DNA of 64,000 nucleotides from an uncultured delta proteobacterium (GTDB lineage Bacteria; Desulfobacterota; Binatia; UBA9968): NCBI GenBank assembly GCA_963727625.1, contig CAVSHR010000009.1, positions 288,001 to 352,000 of the forward strand, read 5' to 3'. Shown piece by piece: positions 8,138 to 18,551 of this stretch (position 1 is its first letter; each line of letters starts with the position of its first letter). The notes under the pieces were generated by a model. It saw only the letters and a program-made list of their open reading frames with translations, ran no database searches and was not told where the DNA came from. The position numbers and the translations under genes were made by a program.

Positions 8138-11100
8138 TCAATTAACCAAACCCCGTAAGCGGAGCAAATGGTAGCGGCCACGCGGGTTGCCGATAACTGT
8201 GCTCGCCAACGACCTCGGTCGGGTCGTGATTTGCGACATGGGTTCCTTGGTAAAAAACTTCAAAGCGTCGGCATCGTAAAGATAATCCGGATCGAGTAAA
8301 TAAAAATTATTCCACTCCACCTCACTCATTGTAATGGTCGAGTCGGCGGTATTCATTGGTTCTAAAATTTTGGGGCCGTTGTCGTAATCGTTCGCCGCAA
8401 TGTAAGATTGCACCAATACACTGCTTGGCGTTGCGCCTAAAACATAATAATCATCATTACCGTTAAACTCTTTGAGCGTTTCCGCCGTCTGGTTGCCTGG
8501 AGACCATTTCACATGTTTATAAGTTCCCGACAAATTGCCAAGCGGGAAATGAAAGCTATTGATGATAAACTGTTCCGGATTAGACCCAGGGACGGTCCGT
8601 AGCAATTGGAACGGACGACTAAATCGTGAATTGCTATGGGAGTCTGTCACCCGAAAACCCATAGCAGGGTGTTGACCAGGGCTACTACATAGAGCAGCAA
8701 AGACATTTGTCTGGATCACCTCAACGGTCGATGACGCGTATAATCCAACGAGCTCCGCTCTGAAGGGATTGACAGTGACCAGACCGGGACCTTGACGACC
8801 GCCGAAGTCGCCCATGACCACGGTTTGTTCAGCGGTGTCGTTAGGACAGCCTCCGCCTAAATTTCCAAATCCTTTCAACTCGTCCAAGCTCAGGGAAGTG
8901 TTCACCACCTCTCCATCCCGTGGGCCGCCGACCCAAGCTTGCCTCTGAAACGAAACGGCTGTTGAGGATGGCAAACTAAAACGTCCTCCGAGAGTAATAT
9001 CCTTGTTGTAACTGATCGAAATAACCGGTGGCGCCGTGGACGCAATGACCTGCCCGTTCGTAACATCGATGACCACCCAAAACAGTTCCGCTATAACGCT
9101 CCGACTTGGGAAATCGTAGTTCACGGTAAAAGAAGTATCGTCCACTTGATAAGGAGGATTTCCCGCAGATGGCACTCCTATGGGATATTCCCACTTAAGC
9201 CTTTGCAGTGAAACCGTTTCCTCCGGATCGGTTAGTGCTATTTGGATTACTGCTAAAATGCGCCCGTCATTTGTCAGGTTAAACTCCGAATTGAATGAGT
9301 TATAAGGCCGACCGCCGGACGACAGCTGCTCGACGTTGAGGATTACTGGGTAGGTTCGGTTAATGATCTTGGTGTCGGCCGCTCCGAGATCAACGCGGAA
9401 ATCACTAAACGGATTTGTACTATTGTAGGGCCGATAAATGGAAAACTCTTCGTCCCAAACATCGATGGCCGTGTTGACCCACGAGATCAAATATTGCTTG
9501 TAATCTATCCGTTGAGAGAACTGAATCTCGGTTCCAACGTTGATTCCAAGCGGAAAACCGATTTGTTGCATCACCTCGAGATCCACGACTTGGCTAGCCG
9601 TCGGCTGGTCGTCCATTGGCGAGCTGGGAGTTCGGAGGGGGATGTTGCTCGCTCCCAACGGTCGGTTGATTTGATAAGCGTAGAATAAATTCGGTTCCCC
9701 GGGACCCAGCCGGCTCCTGCCAACGAGGGTGTTATCGTTGTCCCCCCATTGAAGTTCCGCGACGTCATTGACCAAGATTTCGGTCGGATACACGCCATCG
9801 GAGTTGCGAAAATACCAGCGTACCGAATCTCTAAATAACTGTTCCAATTGCACGCCTTCAACAACCTTTCCGATCACTGCACCGGGAAAATCACCGTTGG
9901 GCGTTTCGTTGCCGAGCTTGCCTTTATAAACAGCAATGAAGCTTTCAGCGCTGGCGGGAAGTCGATACGGCACGGAAATTTCCTGTCCCGGTTCTGCAGA
10001 TATAATGGTCGACTCCAAAGGCATAAGCGGATTTCTATTGCCCTGTGAATCATCCGCATAGAGTTCGAGCGTGCCGCCGTCGAGCTTTTCTGAAGAGTCG
10101 TTTTTACCTTCCAAGTGGATGATAGAGCCGTCATCTGGATCCTGTGATAACGCGAGATCCAGCTTGCCGCGGAAGAAATAGTCGAGCAGGCCAATTGAAT
10201 ATCCCACCGCGCGCGGCCACAAGAGACGCGCGTAATCCTCATAAACTCGGTCGTCGAGCTGAAGAATCTCCGACGCTGGCTCCGTGTTGCCTAGCAGTTC
10301 CGATGATCGGATACCCGCGTAGGTCGTCTTGAGAAAGTGATCTATCCGCTCGCCATCCCGTTCCTTTTTTACATATACAACTTGATCGGAGATTCCGTCT
10401 TCAGCGGTTAATAGTTCAGGCAATAACTCTGTGAGGATGTTCGTGCTCGACAGACGCGGATACGGCGACCACCATTTGTGACTTTGGGGTAGCGTGTCGG
10501 TGAAGATTGTATTCCGATGGACAAAGTTTGCGTTGGTATATTCCGATAGGCCAAAGGGCGATAGCAAGGCTGGCTGGCCGTTGGCGGTAGCGCCGCTAGT
10601 AAGCGCTGTCGTCGCATCGGGGTTGCTACCGCTGTACTGGTTGGCGTCGAGAAACTTGCTGATAGGGATCGGCGCACTAGTTTCTGGAGTTAGATTAAAT
10701 AGCTGCGGATCGGGCATAATTGGAGTCTGCGCTAGAATTGCTGCGAAGTAGACGGCGCGAGTCGGCTTGGAATCGCAGCCCCCACTGCTCAATGGTAAAA
10801 GTCCAAGGTGAGGCTGGATGGGCTTCATTACGAGCATGGGGTACGGATGAGGCGTCCTGGATAAGGTGTATTTGGTGCCCCAGACCGCGAAATGTTTGGG
10901 CGAGAAGGCTCTCTCTGTCAACTTTGTTTGAACTCGTAAGCCCCCGATAGAATCGCTCTCGCGTTTCCTGCCATGACCAGGAACCTGTACCGTTTAACAA
11001 GGATTGATTAAGTGTCTGCGCCCATATCGCTGCCGAACTCCCTGAGAAAAAATCGCTAAGCCCTGCCTGAGTCCATGGGCTACGAACCGGTTGATGAAAG

Positions 11101-11405
11101 TGATTTAGAAAACGTAGAGAAAGGAAACCAAAGTCGTCCTCGCGTCGACTGCCTAGCTCGTATCCAGTCGCTGGATGGATAGAATTCGTCATTGCCGTTC
11201 TTTAGCAACGTATTTCAGGCCTAGTAGTAAAGCCCAAGCGACTTCTCGAAGCGTTTGATCAAAGATTGACGGCCATCGCTGCTTCGCTACTCAAAGCGAT
11301 GATGTGTCTGGATTTCCCAAGCAAGCGCAATGCTGAAACGTTATGATTGCGAGCTGAGAGCGAACAGTCGCCAACAAAATCGCATCGTATGTTCAAATGT
11401 GTCAT
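8138..11405 (-). pseudogene. Large exported protein with N-terminal Zn-phospholipase C/P1-nuclease-like domain and long beta-rich C-terminus; multiply frameshifted at its 5' end
   Basis: SD AGGAGG and ATG at 11405. ALAWEIQTH at about 11302-11328. The 10695-11192 frame gives EDD, NHF, GHQIHLIQDASSVPH and H...EQW. Sequence continues in the 8138 frame from about 10740 (PRAVGYSIGLLDYFFRG). Confidence 0.7.
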
Positions 11406-11468
11406 ATGTCACCTCCTTTCGGGGTATTCGGATTTGCACGATTGGATCACGTTAACTCTGAAAGAGTC

Positions 11469-12033
11469 TCATTTCGATAGTCCATCACGCCTTCGAGAAC
11501 AGAGGAACTTTACATCGGGGAACATCTCAACTCGGAAGATCCGCGATGGAAGTTTTCTGAGTTGCTCCCTTTGACTCAGGTAGCTGATCGACTCCAGCTC
11601 CACTGTGCCGAGCAATGGTCTTGCTCCTACGTTTGAAGAGATCGTCAATCTCCGCGAACCACCCCTGAAAGTACGTATAGCCCGGCTTAAAGACCGTAAA
11701 CCTGGGAAACTTTGTATTCCCGGGTGCTCGCCGTTCGATATTAGGGGCGTCCACAACAAAATATCCCTGGCTATCCGTGACAACCTCGATCGCGTCATAA
11801 TAAATCTCATTCGATTGCACGAGCGCGTACACGTCCCGATACCAAACCGCCACAACTATGGCCCCAGCTATCGGTTGCTTGCTTTTCCCATCAATCACTC
11901 GCCCCCGATACGGACCGGTGCTACCCCTGAGATATACTTCGTTTACGTGCAGCTCCTCTTCCGACTGTACACCAGCGGCACAGCTCGACACACTCATCGC
12001 GATAAGCAATAAACTAAATAATAGCGTCGACAT
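11469..12033 (-). CDS. Small putative lipoprotein with carboxypeptidase-regulatory-like (transthyretin-like) domain; frameshift near 11620
   Basis: Hydrophobic leader ending in VSSC, then GPYRGRVID..SKQPIAGAIVVAVW, TDSQGYF and VFKPGY. The C-terminus appears to continue in the 11469-11855 frame. Confidence 0.7.
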
Positions 12034-12067
12034 TTTCTCCACCCTCAATTAATAATCGACCGTCCTT

Positions 12068-14644
12068 CTAGAACGAGTCGATCCGCCAAATTCCGTCCGA
12101 GTCTATACTGAAATAGACGTAGTACGTGAGCGTCGTTACTACCCCACTTACTACTTGGTCGCGTCGTAATCGGTATTTCGCACGGGCTAGATCGAGATAG
12201 ATCGGCTGGATCGTAGGCATGTCAGATCCTAGAATGGACATTAGGTCGCCCAATTGGTTGAAAAGCGCGGCGTACCGCTCTCGCTCTACACTTATTAGTT
12301 GTTCCAGCGCTTGTGGCACATCCCGCGCAATCAAGGCGCTTCTCATCGCAGACCACCGAGATTGCAAAATGGCGTCAAGCTGCAAGGAATCACGCACCTG
12401 GATGGTAGCGTTCGAGAACCGCTGCACTCCTTGCCCGTCGATCGCCGTGGCAGTGGCGATGTAGACTCCTGGCTGGGTGTATGTAAAAGGCTGTTGGTCT
12501 AATAACGCTCCCGCAAAGTCTACAACTCCATCGCCATCAGCATCCAGTGTCACCTGTTTAACATCAGCATTGGCGCGCAAAGAAAATTTGACCGTTAACG
12601 GCGCAATACCCCCCGTTGGACTGTCGACCAAGTCTCCTGCAGTTAGTTCAGAACCAGTTACAGTGATGTTAATGGTCTGATTCACTGAAATACCGCTGAT
12701 CGTCGTCGCTGTTGCGGAAAGTGTTGTTGTGTCAGGGTTGACGAAGACGGCGGCAATAAACGTATCCGCCTGAACCCCGGCCAGAAATCCGTTCACTGTC
12801 ACTCCGATTTCACCGCCGCTGGAATTGGTCACGGTTCCTCTTACGAGGAGCTGGCCAGCCGCCACCGTCGCGCCGTTGGCGGGACTGGTGATGTTGATGG
12901 ACAATCCATTGGCCACCGTGATTGTGATGGTTTCGGACGCCGATCCGCCTCTTCCATCACTTACCGCGAACGTCAAAATAAACGATCCCACTTGGCTAGC
13001 GGTTGGCGCAAAGGTGAATACACGGCTGCTGGCATCGAAACCGGCATTGGTCGGCAGCGGTAATGGGGATACAGAGTAAGTCAAAGGATCGTCGTCGGGA
13101 TCAGTGGCGCGCACGGAGAATGTCAATGCGCTCCCGACGTTGACGGTCCTATTCCCTATCGGCTCCAAGACCGGTGAACGATTTGCTTTGACTACGGTGA
13201 TGTTGACGCTTGACGAGCTGTTCGCAAGACCGTCGCTTACGGTCAGTTGAAACGTGAGGAGCGTTGTTACCGTTACTGACGGCGCGGTGAAAGCAGGATT
13301 TACCGAACTCGGATTGGACAGCGCTACCGTCGGACCAGCGGTTTGATTCCATTGAAAGCCCAGCGCGTCGCCATCGGGATCGCTGCTGGCGCTGCCGTCT
13401 AAATTAGTCGTCGTGCCTTCGCTGACAGTGCTATCGAAGCCCGCGTTGGCAATGGGTGTACCGTTAGGCTGCACATATTCATGTGCGCCGATATCGAACT
13501 GGGCGGCGCCGCTACGGTCTCCGTCTCGCGGCCGGGTCGCATCGGTAAGGAAATCCGCCTCAAATATCGGATTCAATGTTATATTTAACCCCAAGGTTCG
13601 CGGGTCGATACCCATATCGATAGCCGGCGAGTTCGCCACCAACGTGAAGTCATCGTCAGCCGTATTCGGCAAATTATCCATGCCGTTGATATTCGCGAAA
13701 ACGCTGGTCGCGGCATTGCAGGTCGCACTGGCGCTGACGCCCGGCCCTTCGTTGCCGAGAGGCGTCAGGTTGCCCGAGTCCGTGGCATCGAGAGCAGGAC
13801 CGTTTATTTGTCCAGCGGAATTTCCGCAGATGAGGTTGAAATAGAGCGTGATCCCCAACGGTTGGGATGTTGTGGACGCTTCTCGTTGCACGCCGAAGCG
13901 GCCCCCCTTAGTCCCCGATGCAGTGCCATTCTGGAAAATGATATTGTTCGCTAGAGTGATCTCATGATTGCGCGCCACGTTGACGCCGTTCCAACCGTTG
14001 GAATAGATCGTATTGCCGATTACATAGTGCGGCCCCCCGTCGGCGTCGATAAAGTTGATGCCATTCCTGCCGTTACCATAAATCAGGTTACTGACGATCA
14101 CGCTATCGGGATTATTGCGGGCGATCTGAATGCCACCGTCGCAGGAATTGCTGCCGTTATTGAAAATTCGGTTGCCAATGATGTGAATGCCTTGGTTGCC
14201 GTTGTTGCCGCCCATTAGTGAAATCGCCTGACTGCCGGTGCCGGTGATCACGAGGTCGCGAATCGTAACAAACTTGGACCGCTTTAGGCGAATCGCAAAA
14301 TTGTCCGTGCACTGCGGCCCGGGTGAGCCGGTGAGAGCGACCGAACCAGGGGCGGCACCTGGATCGGATTCGATGATGATTCGGTCGTCTTCACTCGCGC
14401 TCGTAAAATCATTTTTTTGAATCGTCAATTGTTCAGCGTAAGTTCCCGGTTGGATGCGAATGGTATCCCCCGAAGTGGACGCATCGATTGCCGCTTGAAT
14501 GGTGGCGTAACAGGGCGATTGCCCGCCACAGGTCGTGTCACTCCGATTGACGTAACGCAGCCGACCCGGTTGTTGCGCGGGTAAGCCCGAAACCAGAATT
14601 CCAAAAATGAAGACGCAAAGCCCCAACGTTGAAAGGACTCGCAT
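12068..14644 (-). CDS. Secreted multidomain adhesin-like protein: right-handed beta-helix, PKD/Ig-like repeats and a distinct C-terminal alpha/beta domain
   Basis: Signal peptide, TIQAAID/PGTY start, N-x-I-x-x-N coils and DIGAHE cap. LDGSASSDPDGD..QW.QTAGP and ATDPDDD Ig repeats, ITSPANG repeat, and a RWSAMRSAL...DGIWRIDSF tail. Confidence 0.85.
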   Translation of the reverse strand: MRVLSTLGLCVFIFGILVSGLPAQQPGRLRYVNRSDTTCGGQSPCYATIQAAIDASTSGDTIRIQPGTYAEQLTIQKNDFTSASEDDRIIIESDPGAAPGSVALTGSPGPQCTDNFAIRLKRSKFVTIRDLVITGTGSQAISLMGGNNGNQGIHIIGNRIFNNGSNSCDGGIQIARNNPDSVIVSNLIYGNGRNGINFIDADGGPHYVIGNTIYSNGWNGVNVARNHEITLANNIIFQNGTASGTKGGRFGVQREASTTSQPLGITLYFNLICGNSAGQINGPALDATDSGNLTPLGNEGPGVSASATCNAATSVFANINGMDNLPNTADDDFTLVANSPAIDMGIDPRTLGLNITLNPIFEADFLTDATRPRDGDRSGAAQFDIGAHEYVQPNGTPIANAGFDSTVSEGTTTNLDGSASSDPDGDALGFQWNQTAGPTVALSNPSSVNPAFTAPSVTVTTLLTFQLTVSDGLANSSSSVNITVVKANRSPVLEPIGNRTVNVGSALTFSVRATDPDDDPLTYSVSPLPLPTNAGFDASSRVFTFAPTASQVGSFILTFAVSDGRGGSASETITITVANGLSINITSPANGATVAAGQLLVRGTVTNSSGGEIGVTVNGFLAGVQADTFIAAVFVNPDTTTLSATATTISGISVNQTINITVTGSELTAGDLVDSPTGGIAPLTVKFSLRANADVKQVTLDADGDGVVDFAGALLDQQPFTYTQPGVYIATATAIDGQGVQRFSNATIQVRDSLQLDAILQSRWSAMRSALIARDVPQALEQLISVERERYAALFNQLGDLMSILGSDMPTIQPIYLDLARAKYRLRRDQVVSGVVTTLTYYVYFSIDSDGIWRIDSF

Positions 14645-15135
14645 TCTTGCCTCGCTTTTGTTCAATCGAGATATTTATCTGCCATCCTGAACTCGTCACC
14701 CGACGGAATGACTTGCGGCAAGCTTTTAGCGCGTTGGGGTTATCCATGTCCAATAGAAAAATCTAATATCTTGTTATAGGATTTTCTTATAACACTGCCC
14801 CGGCAGCATGGTTTAGATAGGAGTGCGACGGAAAAGACGCTCAGCATCGCGGCGCCGAGGGAAAAACCGCTGGCCCGGCCAATCGCTGTTATTCGCCGGC
14901 CTTGTCGAAAGTCCATTAAGGAAAAGGGTCTACCATCGGCTACTCGACCGGCAGGTGGCCGGCTCGGCATTTTTGAGGATGTGGTCGACAGATACGGCCA
15001 CGCGGGGTCATGGGATTTTCCGTCGGCCGGGGCCGCGTGTTCTAGACGCTCCGTACGAGCCGCGAATGCCAAAATTCTTTAGCCATGCCGGTTTTGGGTA
15101 ATTTCAAACCGAAACAGCTCGCGCGGCACGCGCGA

Positions 15136-15582
15136 TCACTTCGCAGGCGGGATGACCGCTAAACCGTGCCGCCGACCAACTTCGACGAGTTTTCCAAGGT
15201 CCGGCTTATCCGGCGAAATCTCGCGATCGAGGTCGGCGAACAGTTGCGATGCGCCTTCGCGCGAAGTCATCGATATCATCTCGCCGCCGGCTTTGCCGAA
15301 CCGGAACCAGTGGGTCGTTCCGGCAGGTAGGTGCACGAGCGTGCCTGGCAAGGCGGTCGTCTCGCTCCCGTCAATGCCGAACGCGATCTCTCCCTTTATG
15401 ACATAAAAGGATTCATCCCAGGGGTGGCTATGGGGTGGAGGGCCGCTGTATTCGGGCCCCTCCTGCAGGAATATTTCATAGCTGCCTGTCTGTGCGCCCG
15501 AGGCGAGCACGGTAATTTTTTCCCCCACGATATTTAGTGGCCGCGGTGCGTTTCCGGGCGTGACGATTAATGGTGCGGGCAT
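15136..15582 (-). CDS. Cupin domain protein
   Basis: PPPHSHPWDESFYVIKG and PAGTTHWF cupin motifs. GGGAGG SD. Confidence 0.9.
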   Translation of the reverse strand: MPAPLIVTPGNAPRPLNIVGEKITVLASGAQTGSYEIFLQEGPEYSGPPPHSHPWDESFYVIKGEIAFGIDGSETTALPGTLVHLPAGTTHWFRFGKAGGEMISMTSREGASQLFADLDREISPDKPDLGKLVEVGRRHGLAVIPPAK

Positions 15583-15994
15583 GAGACACCTCCCTTAATT
15601 GAGCGGATTTGCGCATGTGCTGCTTTTTCAGATCCTATCAGACACTTCAACTCTCTCCAACAACGTGCCTTGACGAAACGCTTACTCTGTTAGAAATGAC
15701 GCGCTTCTATCGCTCACACGGGTGAAGGGTCAAGCTCAATTCGGATGGAATGGGTACTGGCCGAAATCACAGATCGATTTAAATCGATCTGGTGGAAAAA
15801 TCAGTCTAATCCTGGCGGTTTCCGCGTTCTCGTGCCGCTCAAAGCATGCGATAATTATTCGCAAAGTTGTCCACTGTTGGACAGTAATCCCTACCCGATT
15901 GACTTATGTTAACGTTAGGAATTGAATAATGTAATGTAACCTTTGGACGGTGGCCTACCAGCTTTGGAAGGCCCACCCATTTTGGAGGATCATA

Positions 15995-16255
15995 ATGGAC
16001 AGAACATGGTCGATAGAAATCGAAGCAAAGAAACACCTCATTGAAGTTGACTATGGCAGGAATGCCAGCAGCTGGACCGGCAAACTAGCGGTCGACGGCA
16101 ATGAAGCGCAGACTTGGAAGAATTCTCAGCGGTTGGATCTCCCCCAAGAGATTACTTTCGAGGTGGGAGGCAAAACTGCCGTCTTACGCGCAAAGGGCTT
16201 CTTTAAACCCAGGTTAGATCTCTTTTTTGAAGGAAAATTAATAGAGCAAGCTTAA
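15995..16255 (+). CDS. Small all-beta hypothetical protein (FAIM-domain-like)
   Basis: GGAGG SD before ATG at 15995. Pattern W.I.I....H.IE...G...VDG.E...F.VGG...L...GK. Confidence 0.6.
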   Translation: MDRTWSIEIEAKKHLIEVDYGRNASSWTGKLAVDGNEAQTWKNSQRLDLPQEITFEVGGKTAVLRAKGFFKPRLDLFFEGKLIEQA

Positions 16256-16964
16256 TCCAAAATTAGCCATACCGGAGGGCGAGTTTCAAAACTCCTCGAC
16301 TGCCTTCTTTAGAGGCATTTCAGTGGTGATTACTTCTCTCCTTTGCGCTCACAAGTCTATTCGACTTTTCGTCAAAGGAGCCTGGCAATTTCCCTGATTC
16401 ACCAGTTTCTCCTCCACCTTCTCTGAGAATTATCGGAAACTGGGGAACAATTTCCATCTAGGATTGAACTGTAACCCTACCGTTCGATTATATTCGTAAC
16501 GTAGATCACTTGATTGTCAATCAGACGGTCGATCAAATAGGGTACTGGCTAGGTTTCCACTCGCAGATGAAAAAAGTTTCAAAGTATGTCATCGTGCTGG
16601 CATGGCAAAAACAACAAAGAAGATAACCCGGGACCATCGGCAAAAGACTACAGAATGGATGCTGGGCCAGCCGCTCGCATTTCCTAAGCGGAAAAATCCA
16701 GCCGATGATAGTTTGCCGGCTGGATCAATCATCGAGTCGGCACGTGGAAAATTAACCAGCTCCGCAAAGCCTCAGACCAAACACCACTAATAGGCTTCAG
16801 CCGCCGAAAACTCAATTTCAAGTTGCGGGTCCGACTTCGCGAAATAATTCTTGAAAAACCTGTCCAGGTTATGCGCGTGATTGCGCCAATCCCTTTCCGC
16901 TACAGGTACTTCCTCAATCTACGCGGTCCTTTATCATCTCCTCCCGTTTCAAACCGGTATATTT

Positions 16965-17099
16965 CTAAAGCTCGCTCAGTTGGCGGCACAACTCGATAAA
17001 CTCAAGGATTATGTTCGGATCATGCGTCTCGGCGTATTTGCCTGCCAGTTCGTCTATTAGGCGCTCGAGTTGTTCGCGCGTGACAAGATTCATCAGCAT
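16965..17099 (-). CDS. Small helical hypothetical protein (~44 aa)
   Basis: Amphipathic sequence REQLERLIDELAGKYAETHDPNIILEFIELCRQLSEL. Confidence 0.45.
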   Translation of the reverse strand: MLMNLVTREQLERLIDELAGKYAETHDPNIILEFIELCRQLSEL

Positions 17100-17494
17100 G
17101 AAGCTGGCATTTATCGCCAACGGTATTTGATTACAAGGCCGCCTAACGGCCGTTGACAGAGAAACGGCCTCCGTATTTGCACCACAGGATTGACCCGATA
17201 GACGCTGCAGTGCAACCGGCGGCCGACCTAATCGCCTTCTTATAGCTCGGCTTTTTGGCACGGCTCGGAAGCGTTATGGAAGCAGGCTAGGCTTCCGAAA
17301 GCGCTCACTAGCGCCATGTCTGGGAAAAAGATCAGCAGGCTTGCCCGGTCGTGGAGAGTAACCGGCAGCATCGAAAGTTCATTTCTTATTGCAGCGGTGG
17401 ATTACTCGCGCCAACCGGGTCCCGTACAAAGCCGCCGGGATGCCCAAGACAAAGGGAGGTTGCCGCGCACGAATTCTCTGATTAGACTGGAATC

Positions 17495-17755
17495 GATGAG
17501 CGAGAGAACCAAAAAGCAGCCGGGAAAAAAGTCAAACCGCAAGTCGGCGGCGCCGGCCAAAACAGACGCGCACAAGGTGCTGTTGCTCGACGGTCATTCC
17601 CTCGCCTTCCGCGCTTTTTTCGCCCTGCCCGATACCCTGGTCACGTCTTCGGGGCAGGTGACCAACGCCGTTTACGGCTTTACCTCGATGCTGATCAAGC
17701 TGCTCGCCGACGAGCGGCCTCAGGGCGTGGTCGTTTGTTTCGACAAGGGCGCGCC
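17495..17755 (+). pseudogene. polA: 5' fragment duplicate of polA
   Basis: HKVLLLDGHSLAFRAFFALP...CFDKGAP matches 23811-24071. It breaks off at GCGCGCC (17749-17755). Confidence 0.92.
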
Positions 17756-18345
17756 ACGTTGACGCCGTTCCAACCGTTGGAATAGATCGTATTGACGATC
17801 ACGCTATCGGGATTATTGCGGGCGATCTGAATGCCACCGTCGCAAGAATTACTGCCGTTTCTGAAGACTCTGTTGCCGACGATGTGAATTCCCTGGATAC
17901 CATTGTTGCCACCCATGAGAACAATCGCTTGGCCACCGGTGCCGGTTATTACGAGATCACGAATTGTAATGAACCTAGATTGTTTGAGACGAATAGCGAA
18001 CTTATCTGTGCATTGCGGGCCAGCGGAACCGGTCAGAACCACCGAGCCAGGGTCGGCGCTTGGATCCGATTCGATGACGATTCGGTCCGTTTCGTTTGCG
18101 TTTACAAAGTCATTCTTTTGAATCGTCAATTGCCCCGCGTAAACGCCCGATTGGATGCGAACCGTATCTTTCGCAGTCGACGCGTCGATTGCTGCTTGGA
18201 TCGTAGCATAACACGGTAACTGGCCGGCGCAGGTCTGATCAGTCCTATTGACGTAAAGGACTCGACCCGAATTTTGTGAGTTTACGTGGCCAGCAAAAAT
18301 CCCCAGCAGAAAGATGCAAACCGACCATGCAATAGTGACGCGCAT
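17749..18345 (-). pseudogene. Truncated paralog of the 5' part of the beta-helix adhesin gene
   Basis: Aligns with about 13971-14644. It has an in-frame 78-bp deletion and is fused tail-to-tail with the polA fragment. Confidence 0.9.
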
Positions 18346-18551
18346 TCTTGCCTCGCTCTTGTCCGGTCGACATCTTTATCCGCCGCCCAGCTAGCGGATT
18401 TGCGGCAAGCTTTTAGCGCTTGGACTTATCCTTGTCCAATACAAATTTCCTATATCAGTGTTATAGGGAAATCTTATATCACGCGTTCCAAACGCGCGGT
18501 TTCAAAGCCCTTTGAAGGTCCGAAGGTCGACAAAAAAGCCCCATGTGGCAG

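Noticed and set aside
10740-10921. N-terminal ~60 aa of the 927-aa ORF as a real start
   Set aside because: The motif-bearing frame here is 10695-11192. The 8138 frame only becomes protein-like below about 10740.
14712-14735. Possible sigma54 promoter upstream of the adhesin
   Set aside because: TTGC is present, but the -24 position reads CG rather than the invariant GG.
14740-15101. ORFs 14740-15072 and 14823-15101
   Set aside because: No recognisable motifs or SD; composition is not convincing.
13971-18345. Diversity-generating retroelement TR/VR pair from the duplicated segments
   Set aside because: No reverse transcriptase, and the differences are not adenine-specific.
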